DNA of 64,000 nucleotides, taken from NCBI GenBank assembly GCA_907165135.1, contig OU015569.1, positions 1,550,001 through 1,614,000 of the forward strand. The letters run 5' to 3'. Positions 47,236-58,084 of this stretch are shown in pieces. The position numbers and the translations under genes are program-made. Position 1 is the stretch's first letter, and every line of letters begins with the position of its first letter. A model generated the notes under the pieces. That model was not told the DNA's origin, searched no databases, and saw only the letters and a list, made by a program, of their open reading frames with translations. This DNA comes from Oikopleura dioica. Lineage: Eukaryota > Animalia > Chordata.

Positions 47236-47606
47236 CTACCTGTGGAACTGACAAGGCTTTTTCAAGCGTTACCATGGTCGCTGTTCTCATTTTTCTGAAT
47301 TTTGTTCAGTGAAAAAATATTTTTTCTTCCTTCATCTTTTCTCCTGACTTCTAATTGATATTCTATTTCTAATCAGCTATAAAATACTAACATTTCATTA
47401 AAAAAAAAATTCTTCGATTACAATTGCTGACGACATAATATTCTCCGAATTTTCAGCTTCACGGTAGTAGTAATTGAGGCTTGCTTGGAAATGAAAATGG
47501 AAATCAAAGCCGTGTGGACAAAAATTAGTATAGAGATTTAAATGCGCATTCTTTTCATTAGCAATAAAGTAAGGAGGTAATTTTTGTTGCAACGTTTTTT
47601 TTTATT

Positions 47607-48206
47607 TTACGGTTTGGTATATCTGAACATGCGTTTTTGCTCAAATTTAAGGGCAATTCTTTTCGCTCGCTTCTTTCCAAGAATCGCTTCAACTTGCTTG
47701 AAATCAGTAATTGGACGTGCCTCGATAATTCGTTTAGCGTATGTTTTACCAATGCCGGAGATCCAGTCTACCATGCAGTCGAGGGAGATGTTGAGATGAT
47801 CAATGAATGCTTTGTGGGAAGAGTCGTCGCCCTCGATTTCTCGGAGATGAGCCATTATGATCCAAAACATGTCAGAATCTTGGACGAAGAGGTCGGTCGG
47901 CTGAGAAATTCCGTCGGGAGGGGAGCTTTCTTTCTTGAAATTTTCGAGTTTTTCTTTGTAATTGAGTCTTTTCTCGTCTCGTTCGCCCTTCAGAATTCGA
48001 AGTTGGCTCTCCAAGTCGTTGATTTTCGTGTCCATCTCGGCGATTCGATTCCATTCTTTCCTGAAGACGAGGTTGTTATGTCGAAGATGCTGGGTGTATT
48101 CTTCCACCGTTTTTGCGGCTTTCGGCTTGCGCATATCTGCATCGTCCGAAAGTTTTCGCTTTTTTGATTGAATAGGCCTTTCTGGAGTTTTTGCTGATTC
48201 ATTCAT
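47607..48206 (-). CDS. Intronless 199-aa protein: basic N-terminus, coiled coil, C-terminal helix-hairpin-helix-like motif
   Basis: ATG-to-stop ORF. LNISLDCMVDWISGIGKTYAKRIIEARPITDFKQV resembles the ComEA/KIF22 HhH pattern. Confidence 0.6.
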   Translation of the reverse strand: MNESAKTPERPIQSKKRKLSDDADMRKPKAAKTVEEYTQHLRHNNLVFRKEWNRIAEMDTKINDLESQLRILKGERDEKRLNYKEKLENFKKESSPPDGISQPTDLFVQDSDMFWIIMAHLREIEGDDSSHKAFIDHLNISLDCMVDWISGIGKTYAKRIIEARPITDFKQVEAILGKKRAKRIALKFEQKRMFRYTKP

Positions 48207-50864
48207 CTTTTTTTTCTGTTATGGAAGGTTTCAGGTTTGCATTTTTATTTGCAGAAGATCAGATAGATGGCGCTCATTTGGCCATTCGTAGCAGATGGTC
48301 AAGCTGTTGGAAAGACCAAATAACCAGCCGAGAAAAAAGACTACACACTGTTAGATGATAATAATCATCATTTCCTTCACAGAACAAACCATTTTAATAG
48401 TTAGTAGTAGTAGTTAATTTCGGGGAAACTTCAGTTCAAGGGAAACTCGTTTGAAAAGAAGGCCGAAAATCAAAGCCGTGGTCAATAAAATAACGAATAA
48501 ACGAGAATAAACCAGTTTGAGCTACTGTCGACTAATGACCAGCAATTTTGATGCAATAACACGTGTATTTTCGAGAAGAAAGGAGCTCGCTTTACGATAC
48601 TGGTCAAGGACCGGCGGGACATGAAGAACGCTCGTGTCCGACATGCGTCATCTGTTGGTCGAGAGAAGTGCCACTTGCACCTTTTTAGAACATCCATGAA
48701 GATGTTCTTAGTGCCTTCTCGGAAATCACGGGCTTTATACTTCTCCTCTTTTCACGTTCAATTTAGACGGAAGCGGTGTTGTTTTGCAAGCTCGAAAAAT
48801 CTGTGTATTAAATGAATTAGTGGTCGACTAAATGAGCCTCTTTTTAGACTGTAAAATTCGATGAGTCAAATTGAGACTGTAAAAATTCTAAGTAAGAGTG
48901 ATTAATTCAATTTGTCGCAAAAAAGTGATTTGTATCAGAATTTTAACGCGTTTACTTGGCTAAGCTGATGATTTAAGTTTGGCGAAATTGACTTAGCATG
49001 GGTGGCAGGTGATACGTGATCCGGGAATCTCAAGATTGAATGGCACAAATCCCGGCAACGTGAAATCATTCATGCTCGTTATCGACTGCTGCTGTTTAGA
49101 GTGGTAAAGCGATTTTGCGTATTATTGCAGGAATCCGGCTATAAGTTCGGCGCCACGAGGCTGCTATTGCAGATCTGCGCGCTGTTCATTCGAGGTCACC
49201 TTTTGGAGTTTTTGGAAGGAGCACGTGAAGACAGTCGCTAATGATCTAAAACGCCATGGCAGCTGGGAATCGTTGGAAGTGTTTGGGCACTTGGCCGGGC
49301 TTGGGTCACCGAGACCGCGGCGCTAAAACCAGAGCAGAAAGCAGTGGCGGCTCCACTCGCCTCCTCTCCACTCGCAAAACACGCGCTCTCGACATAACAG
49401 CCGCGCCGATATTCCAGAATCAACAACGATAATTCCAACGTGATCCTGCTTGATGCAATCGCCGCCATGATGTGAGCCTGCAGCGCTGCCCTTTGTCCAA
49501 GTGCTCGAAGATTGCCAAATCAAAGGAAAAAAAGAGAAAATCGAATTTTTACGAAAGATTCACTGAGTTTCACTGTGTTTACTTTCTGAGTTTTGATATT
49601 TCGTATTTTGATATTTGAAGGAGCTCGGCGGCTGACCCTGGCGGCTTTTCGACGAGCGGCTGGAAAACAAATTTTTTGGTCGAATACGTAGAGGAGAAGC
49701 CCGCCCGATTGCAGATTAACGAAGGGATTACTAATAGCTTGGTTAGCGCAATTGACAAAAGTTGACGGTCTCTAATTAGCGGCCCGAGCGGCCGGTTGGG
49801 CAGCTGCCGCCGACTCTTTACGGAATTAAACGGGCTTGACATATAACGTAACTCAGCAGCGATTACTTAACGAAAAGGTTCGCCAAAAAACGCTTGACGT
49901 TTCTTTTCATCCATAATTGCTGCTGTAGAAGAAGAAATGCTGCAAATTCAATTGAACCCAGCAATTAAAAGAAACGCCATCAATCAGGAAATTGCAATAA
50001 CAAGTAGGTATTTTCCCATGAAAAAAGCAAGACATCCGGATCGCCGATCGTTCTTATCTCTTGTGCAACGTTGATTGATAAATCGACATCCTGAAATCGA
50101 CAGAACTTGAAATCTTGATTTTATGCGCTCACAAGCACTCATTAAAATATGCACTCACTAAAAGAAAGATCCGCGAACGCAACGTTAAAATTCTCTAGAT
50201 CAGAAAAAACAACAACCATAACTTTCTTTTCAAACATCCCCGTTTGGAGTTTTTCCAGCTCGTTGGAGCTCAAGTCCTGAATCAAGGCGCTAGGACTTCC
50301 TTTGAACAACTGAAATTGCAATACCATTTATGCATAATTTTTGAAGGGGACAGGGCCCCCTCGTTTTGCGAAAAAACATTGAAAACATGGCCGGGGAACG
50401 GCTCTCTATCGAAGAGGTGCTTGATCCTTGCTTGGAATTAGATCTGCGTCCTCGAAAAGCAATCAGCGAATGTGTTTTTCTTTCAAATTATGTGATTGAA
50501 GCGGTTGTCCTTCTTAAGAAATCTGCTGCCCGAGTTTATTGAAAATCCTGCAGGCCGCGGTTGGGCACAGCAGCTGCCAATTTCGCCACTTCTAAATGCC
50601 CGTCTCGGACTTTCTCAACTTCGCCCAACTTTGCGGATCCCAACTTAGAACTCGGCCCAACTATCTATTTTCATTCATGGAGCAGTTCCAAAAAATCGTC
50701 AACCATGACTAAATCAATGAAGGACGTAAAGAAAAAGCGCTATATTTGTAAAACATAATTGATGATTTTGCGTATGTTGCGTATGTTGCGTAAGTTCCAT
50801 CAGTTGATTAATTCAGGCGGAACCCAAAAAATACAACCTTGTAGTCAAGGCCTAATCATGAAGC

Positions 50865-51113
50865 GTGGGCTCCAGCCGCTCGGCAACCTGTGTAGAAACC
50901 TGAGTCAGGCTTTGAAGAGCTAAAATGAAAAGCCGCGTAGCGGCTTTTTGAAAACGAAGCCCCAAAGCGGCTTCGCCAATATTTTCAAGTACATAATAGT
51001 GATTTTGTTGCAAAGCCGCTTTGCGGCTTCGTTTTCAAAAAGCCGCTACGCGGCTTTTGATTTTAGCTCTTCAAAGCCTCGCTCAGGTTTTCTACACAGG
51101 TTGCCGAGCCCAG
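50865..51113. mobile_element. ~250-bp hairpin MITE, copy 1
   Basis: Whole-element palindrome (CTCGGCAACCTGTGTAGAAA...TTTTCTACACAGGTTGCCGAG); imperfect 8-bp TSD CATGAAGC/CATGAAAC. Confidence 0.75.
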
Positions 51114-51119
51114 CATGAA

Positions 51120-51575
51120 ACCTGCAATTGCGAAATGCAAAAGAGAAAAGAGAAACAAAACGATTTTGAAAGAGTATTTTCACCCTTTCAAAATCGGTTA
51201 TTTGAGATTTTACAGTAGGAAATTGATTTTATTCAGGAGTTATGTAAAATTTGCAACTTGTCAGGAAGTTGATCAGATCGGCAATGTCTATCGCTGATCT
51301 TCTCGTCCAAATCGTCTTTTTCAAGATGTATTTGAACTCGATGGATTGTGACCATTTTGACTTTGTCGCTTCTCCGTCTTTTCGACTGAAATTGACCGAG
51401 TGGAAGGCCATCCCATCGAGTTGAAAGCTAAAAAAAAATTAATTCGCCGCCGAAAATCATCAAAACTCACCGTTTAACTCTCAAAATTCGGACTTTCAAT
51501 CACCCAGGATGTGAAAGTGATAAATGAAAAAATGCCCATAACAACTTGTGCTCAACCCGTGTTCTAGAGACGAGC
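51120..51575 (-). repeat. Dispersed repeat family copy B1
   Basis: Motifs at 51561-51568 and 51220-51237; clearly alignable with 54196-54590. Confidence 0.75.
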
Positions 51576-53959
51576 GAACAAAATTTTCGACCTGGGAGAT
51601 TTAGAAAGTGCGAGATCTTCCTCAGCGCGTGTTTAAATCGGAGTACGTAGGGCCGTGTCATAATGTGTGTCTAAATAAAGGCTCGCAGGTCTGATTAGCG
51701 CAGCTGAAGGTGGCTTTATGTATTCTTCGATATCCATGATGACCGCAGGAAAAATAACGATGGGCTCCCATTATCCTGCTGGACTTCTGTTAAGACAACA
51801 ACGCTCGACCATACTTTCAATAAAGACGCTTTAGAAGCACTTTTCTTCGCTTTTTTTGTTTTAAGATTTGGTGCAATTGTGTTAATTGGAACGTGGGGAT
51901 GGTTAGTTCGTTTGTGCGCTAAGCCCGATTGTGAGTAGTAAGCGCCCGTTCTCGCCGTTCTTTTTTGGTTGAGCAGTCTTTTTGGGGAGGGAGCGTCACG
52001 TGTCCGCTGCGGGGAGCGATGTCCGCACTCCGTCCGACAGAAAATCAAAATCCAAAGCGCTCCATCAAAGACACCTTGTACTGCTCAAAAATGGAAATCG
52101 CACCGCCCGCAACTATGAAATCGACACCAAGCCATATCCCTAGTGAGTGAACATCCAAATCAAAGACGACGTGGGTCAAAAAGAGGAAGTAACCCTCCTT
52201 ACAAAAAAAGCTAGTGAAAAAACGATGTAACATTCTTGCGAAGATCTAAGCGCTAGTGACCCAATTTCTGTTTATTCCGGAACAATGTCAAATAGAAAGG
52301 AGAAGAAACGGGATGGAATGGAATTTGTGAAGGAAAAAATTGACGATCGTGGATCTGATCCAACTGGGCACGAAATGAGCAGATGACGCGCAATGGAACA
52401 TTCTTGGGGATTCCTGCGGCGCTTTGCTCCTGAAGAAGTATTCGAAAATCGAGCGATTCCAACGGGTCGTGGATCGGAACGCAGCACAGTTATTACCTCA
52501 CTCTGCCTTCCCATTTCATTTTCAACAATTCAAACGGGCGAAGAAACTTTAAGTGGATGAGCCGATAAGTTTTTTTTCTCTGCTTCTATTTTTTTGTGTA
52601 GTCATGGCGAATTCTTTTTAGAAGAAAAATTTTGAAATTTGCCAATTGAACGTAGCTTATGCATTAAGGAGATGAGCGTGGAAATGGAGAAAGGATGGTC
52701 CTCTCTGAGCGGGTGAATCGATCTGATGAAACCTTAGCTCGCTCTTCTCGTCACACGTTCCATCACGCCAGCCGGAAGCTCCTCGTAGAAAGAGAACTCG
52801 CCAGTCGAGTGACCATTCATCATTTCTAAGCGATTAAGATGCGCTAGTTTAACTGATCTCCATCAAAGCACTTTCTTTGTTCAATTCATGGGGAAATGCA
52901 AACGTAGACAATACTACTTATAAGATAAAAGTAGGACGATTCAATGTTCATCTGTCTTAGGAAAGACCTTTTTTTCTAGGATCTGAAGATTTTTAATGTA
53001 AAGTAATCATATATAGTTCGAAAGAAAAGAGAAAGACGAATGAGACTACATTTTTAGATTTTTTAATCAATGGAGAATTTTCATTCTAGAGCGATTTTTG
53101 TTTATGATCAACATGTGCAGTTGAGAAGCACGCTTTTTCAATACCACAATATGAGAACCTGACCCTAACCCTAAGCATCAAACTAAAGCTGGAACAATAC
53201 TACTGTTTCTCAAAAGTGACGTGTAAGCAAGTCAAGCTTGTGTCTTTCCTGAGTGTTCATCTTCAGGAGCGAGCATAGATTTGATTTGTCTGAGGGCGTT
53301 TAAAACAGAACTCGATCTTTGTTGCGAAGAAATTCACGCGTCTTTTGCGTTCAACAAAATCAAATAAACCCCAAGAAAGGGAAAAAACGTCGAAAATGAC
53401 GACAACTACATTATTTTTTTTATAATCACAAGGTGGACCAGAGTCAGTCGCTCTCACGTTGTTGCGCAATCGAAAAATACTGAAACGAACAGAAACTAAA
53501 ATTATCCCTTCCACTTTTGTTGAGGAGCTCATGAGGGTGAGAAGAAAGTGGGGTTTTCAAGAGCCCGCAATAGTTCGCCTTTTCAAAAAGAAAAATTAGA
53601 GCATCAGAGTCTTCAATTTGTGAAACGCGAATTTGAAAAGTGTTCAAATTTCAAAATTTAAATCGGCACTTTTTGACTTTATTGATTTAGGGGTACATAA
53701 TTTATGTTTATCGCTAATTTATGTAGATGTTTTTTTTCGCTAAGAAAGTTGATAAGCAGCGAGAAGTGAAAATATTTTAGATGAGACTTGTTTATCTGTC
53801 AAATAGAGCTGCAAGAAGAGGTCGATAACCAGCACCTTTGATGGTGGGGGTCCGCACGTTCACGCAATATTCCGAGAAGATCCGGAATTTACGTGATAAG
53901 CTCTTGTAGCTTATCGACTCTGACAGAGACTGTATTCCTGCCTGCAATAAGACCTGCAA

Positions 53960-54195
53960 CTGGGCTCGACAATCTGAGTAGAGAACCTGAGTCAGGCATT
54001 CTAAGAGCTAAAATGAAAAGCCGCATCGCGGCTTTTTTAAAAACGAAGCCGCTTTCAGGAGTCTAAAGAAAATTTATATGGTTTATTTGAGAAGCCGCTT
54101 TGCGGCTTCGTTTAAAAAAAAAGCCGCTGTGCGGCTTTTCATTTTAGCTCTTAGAATGCCTGACTCAGGTTCTCTACTCAGATTGTCGAGCCCAG
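53960..54195. mobile_element. 236-bp hairpin MITE, copy 2 (partial third copy ~54640-54745)
   Basis: CTGGGCTCGAC...GTCGAGCCCAG; 8-bp TSD ACCTGCAA (53952-53959, 54196-54203). Confidence 0.85.
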
Positions 54196-54590
54196 ACCTG
54201 CAAATGCGAATGCAAAATTTCTCAATAAAGCGAGAAAAACAAGAGGATTCTGAAAGGGCTTTTTGCCCTTTCAGAATAGCTAAAACAGAGTTTTACTTTA
54301 GTAGAAATTGATTTTATTCAGGAGTTATGTAAAATTTGCAACTTGTTACAGATTTTATTGTGGTCCGCGATTTTCCGGAGTTGAAGTTGGCTCCAAGAGT
54401 TTTTCGGAGGAAGTTGAAGTTAGCTCCAAGTCGCAAACTAAAAAAGAAAAATAAGCTCATCGTCGAAAATGATAAAAACTCACCTATTTACTCGGTTAAT
54501 TTGGACTTTCAATCACTCAGGGTGTGAAAGTGATAAATGAAAAAATGCAAAGAAAAACTTGAGCTTAGGCCGTGTTCTAGAGATGATCGA
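54196..54590 (-). repeat. Dispersed repeat family copy B2
   Basis: Motifs at 54574-54581 and 54305-54322. Confidence 0.75.
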
Positions 54591-55329
54591 CAAACTTTCA
54601 ATTCTTTGGTCGCTAAAAATTTTTCTTCCTCGCATTTTTGCGAAGCCGATTTGCGGCTTACTTGTTAAAAAAAGCCGCTAAACCCTATCAAACCCTGAGT
54701 CAGGGCCTGACTCAGGTCTTCTGCGATGGTTGCCGACCCCATTTCATGACTATTTTATTCAGAGATGAAAATTGCTTTTCAGTAAGTTTTGAAAATTCAA
54801 AGAACTTAAGGTTCTTTTCTTATGCAAGCGAAGAATGCATTTCGAAATTGCATTGTTGACTAGGGATCAGTAGATTGAATGAGTAAACTCGTGAAAGCGC
54901 GGCTCGCTTGCGCCTCCGCCAAACAGCGCCGCCGATTCTTGAGCTATAAATGCGTGGATCAGGTGGGACAGGGGATCAACCATCGCCAGAGAAGACTTAT
55001 TAAAAGAGAACTTTTTATATTTTATAGGTAACCTTAGAGACTCGACGAATACTTGGACGCCTCTTTTTATTTGACAAATTTTTTTGCGCTTGAATTAATT
55101 TTAATAATTATTTTAACTTTCTCTAAAAAATAGGGTTTTTTTGAAGATAGAAAACACTCTGGCTAAAAATATTTTTAGTGTAAGTATTTTCAGTGATTTT
55201 TAGCTTTCTTGACTGATTTTTATAGTTAAAGATTTGGTTTGCAAAAATACTTTCTGGAATTAAAATTAATTAAAAAATGTAGTTAAAAAATAAGTAAAAT
55301 AAAAAATTGCAAATGTGAACCAAGCGAAG

Positions 55330-56379
55330 ATGAAAATAACCTTGTTTGCCATCTTTTCTGTAAATGCCCAAGAAGACTCAGAATCAGCATCTTCACCAGT
55401 TGTGCCGCGATTTCCAATCATCGCAGGTAAATTTCCCGAAAGCCAAGTTGCAGGAGTTCCTCAAAGTGACCTTTTAGGATCTCGACTATCGCGTAAATTC
55501 GTCGACTTTCGAAACATGTGGCGAGAGTATGGATACACTCAGCAGCAGCTCACAAGTGTAAGGCTTCTTTTTTTTAACAGTGTGACACCCTTATTTTTGA
55601 CCCTTATTGATACCCATATTCCTGATATAACGTTCTTTTTCTGATTCCCTCTCTTACCATTTTTGTAGCTATACGGTTACGGCTGCTACTGCCTGAACTT
55701 GGGCGGCAGTCCGATGAGCGGCCTTGGCGAGCTCAACGGATCGAAGCCAATGGACGAAATCGACCGAACTTGCTTCCACTGGACTCGGTGCAACCGCTGC
55801 GCTGCGATCGACTACGGCGAGCAGTGCAGGGCCGAGGACAAGAGCTACAACTTCGAGATCGACCCTGTTACCAAGGAAATCACTTGCAAAGGTAAACTGG
55901 CAAAACTATCCTCTCTCCTTGACACGGCGTTGGTTAGACAAAAAGAACAGCTGCAAATGGGCGATCTGCGAGTGCGACAAAGATCAGGTGATTTCGATGA
56001 AACAGTTCGTCGACCAAATGACTCCGGACAGCCCAATGCTCGCTCACAACGGATTCGATACGGAGGCACAGTGCCAGAAGAGAGAAGTTTCGAGGATGGA
56101 ATCAGGAATGGTTGCAAATTTATCGCTTTCGTGCATTTTCCTTTCAATTTTAAAAGAATTTTTCGTCGTTCTTTTTTCCGATTCTGCGGTCTTTGAGACT
56201 TCAAGACGGTTAAATCGACGACTATATGATTTTTTTAATTTAAAACTTTCAAATTCTCGACCAAAATTGAAGCGTCGCGAAAACAGTGCTGCGGCGAGTT
56301 CCCAAAGCGGCTACCATTCAACGAGAACCTGAAGCAATGCTGCGATGGAAAAGTCAAGAGCCACGGATCCTGCATCTAG
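55330..56379 (+). CDS. Secreted phospholipase-A2-fold protein lacking the catalytic His-Asp, with a galaxin-like Cys tail
   Basis: Signal peptide; YGYGCYCLNLGG; PMDEIDRTCFHWTRCNRC; CKWAICECDK; CCGEFPKRLPFNENLKQCCDGKV. TATAAA at ~54947. Confidence 0.75.
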
Positions 56380-57110
56380 TCGCGCGGGTTTTTTCCCCTT
56401 GCCGACGATGATGATGCTCTTATTTTTTTTTTTGTAAATATGGTCGACCCTTTTTTCTTGATTTTTGAACTTGCAGGTTTAACAGGGCATTACAGTAACA
56501 CGCAGTATTCCGTTCTCTACCTTGCATACATGTCTGCTTTTTCCAAAAATTAACTTTAACCCTCGCTCGTTTTTTTTCCTTCCTTCAGCTAGTTCCAGAA
56601 CCGCCGATTCCAGGAAGACAGAAAACGCAGCCAGCCGACGCCCGAAGATCCTAGAAGATCGGACGAAGAGTGACTTTAAAACGAACCACTCCTGTACATT
56701 CTTTTCAAAAACACAAACACCAAAAACGCAATTTTAATCAATCGCTAGTTTTCAATCACTTGTAAATAAATTTTCATTTGTTTCTTTTGGAGACAAATTC
56801 GCATTTTCAAATTTAAATCAACGTCTCTTTCTTTCAAAACTTATTACAGAAGCACTGTTCTGAAGCAATCCAGACTATCTGTATCTTATGATATACCCTT
56901 TAAAGTTTAAACTGATAGTTACTGGCCTCAGCAACCTGAAAACTTGGCCTCAGAGCTAATCTAAAGCAGAAATTGGGTTGTTGTTGTCGCCCTGGGATTT
57001 TCTTTTCTGAAACTTTCGGCGCGAAAGTAAAGTAAAAATAGACCAGTTTTCATTCAAAGACTTCATTTTCTGATTTTTTCCTTCAAAGAAAACAGAACTT
57101 TTTTTATTCA

Positions 57111-57596
57111 ATGCTGCGGTGTAAACTTTGCAATTTTGAAGCTCCTAAGCAAGGAGCTAAATCGGGTGTAGGGCGGCCACGGTACAAATTTGTACCGCCG
57201 TTACAAATTTGTACCGCCGGTACAAAAATTTTTGTACCCCCGGTACAAGCCAAAAATAAAATTTGAGAAAAAGAGTGCGCTTCGCGCTAGAATTGAAGGA
57301 AACTCCTTCTTGGTATAGCTGAGGTGGAGTTCTGTCCAAAAATGAGCTTTATTTTGGGTAAAAATCGGTTTTTATTGTCAAAAAACTTATCATTTTTTGT
57401 ACCGCCGGTACAAAATTTGTACCCGCGGTACAAATTTCACTTTTGTACCGCGGCCGCCCGCCCCCCGCTAAATCACCGAATAAATATGTGCAATGGTTGA
57501 TGCGAAGGCATATCAGAGAAGAACACGCAGAGAGAGTACCACTAGCTTCCGTTGCTCAAGGGATTTTCTTCAACGAAAACATCATTTATCTAGAAG
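57111..57596 (+). pseudogene. Atypical C2H2 zinc-finger exon 1 (MITE-interrupted)
   Basis: Removing the MITE gives MLRCKLCNFEAPKQGAKSPNKYVQWLMRRHIREEH..FFNENIIYLEG|GTAAG. Confidence 0.75.
57164..57466. mobile_element. 303-bp MITE with TTGTACCGCCGGTACAA-type palindromic subrepeats, inside a zinc-finger exon
   Basis: Imperfect 15-bp TIR GGGTGTAGGGCGGCC / GGCCGCCCGCCCCCC; 8-bp TSD GCTAAATC (57156-57163, 57467-57474). Confidence 0.85.
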
Positions 57597-57711
57597 GTAA
57601 GTTCTAAATAAAAAGTTAGACAGTTTCTCATCTGATAAAAAATCAACTTGAATGGGGAGTTTTGCTTTGAGATGGTTCCATTCTGATTTTTGAACGTTTT
57701 TTTTTTGAAAA

Positions 57712-57883
57712 ATGTTGCGTTGTAAAATTTGCGCTTTTGAAGCCCCAAAGGTAATTGCAAAGCAAAAGCAGCGGGTAGAAGAGATTTTGAGGAAGCATAT
57801 ACGCTTGCAGCATAGTGATATATTCCCAGCTACTAACTCCTTTGCTCAGGGAAAATTCTTCGTCGAAAATATCATCTACGACG
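57712..57883 (+). CDS. Atypical C2H2 zinc-finger exon 2
   Basis: MLRCKIC-x21-HIRLQH..FFVENIIYDG|GTAAG. Confidence 0.7.
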
Positions 57884-58084
57884 GTAAGCTAAGATTTTTC
57901 TTGATTATTATTTTTGATCTTAACTTTTTAACCACTATTTTTGTCAATTTGAATGACAAAGAACCTGCTTCAAGCAAAATAGGAGACCAAATTGTGGCCG
58001 ATAAAAATCAACCCCGCTCCCATGAAAATCAGTTTTCCCAACCGGCACAAACGTTTTTCTTTGTATTACTATTTTCAAATTGAA

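Larger units (their letters stand above)
44221..47312 (+). pseudogene. Secreted Cys-rich / ZP-like protein with Thr-rich mucin stalk and GPI-type tail; two MITEs interrupt coding exons in this allele
   Basis: Signal peptide MKIFVLFLSVSVA. The ORF is continuous once both MITEs and one TSD each are removed (LYPD|EPSCG; STSN|CKGQ). Also FLNNGC..SCEMVLC..C, furin-like RDRRS, poly-Thr and a hydrophobic C-terminus. Confidence 0.65.

Noticed and set aside
46892-47290. Val-rich and Leu-rich minus-strand ORFs
   Set aside because: They are antisense shadows of the poly-Thr tract.
47637-48167. 176-aa + strand ORF
   Set aside because: It overlaps the HhH ORF antisense, starts at a non-ATG codon and has no motif.
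49238-49523. Exon-like GC-rich segment with short ORFs
   Set aside because: No frame gave a recognisable protein or a consistent splice-site pair.
51555-51570. Helitron 3' end suggested by the conserved CTAG in the dispersed family
   Set aside because: CTAG is followed by A rather than T, there is no convincing upstream hairpin, and similarity continues past the CTAG.
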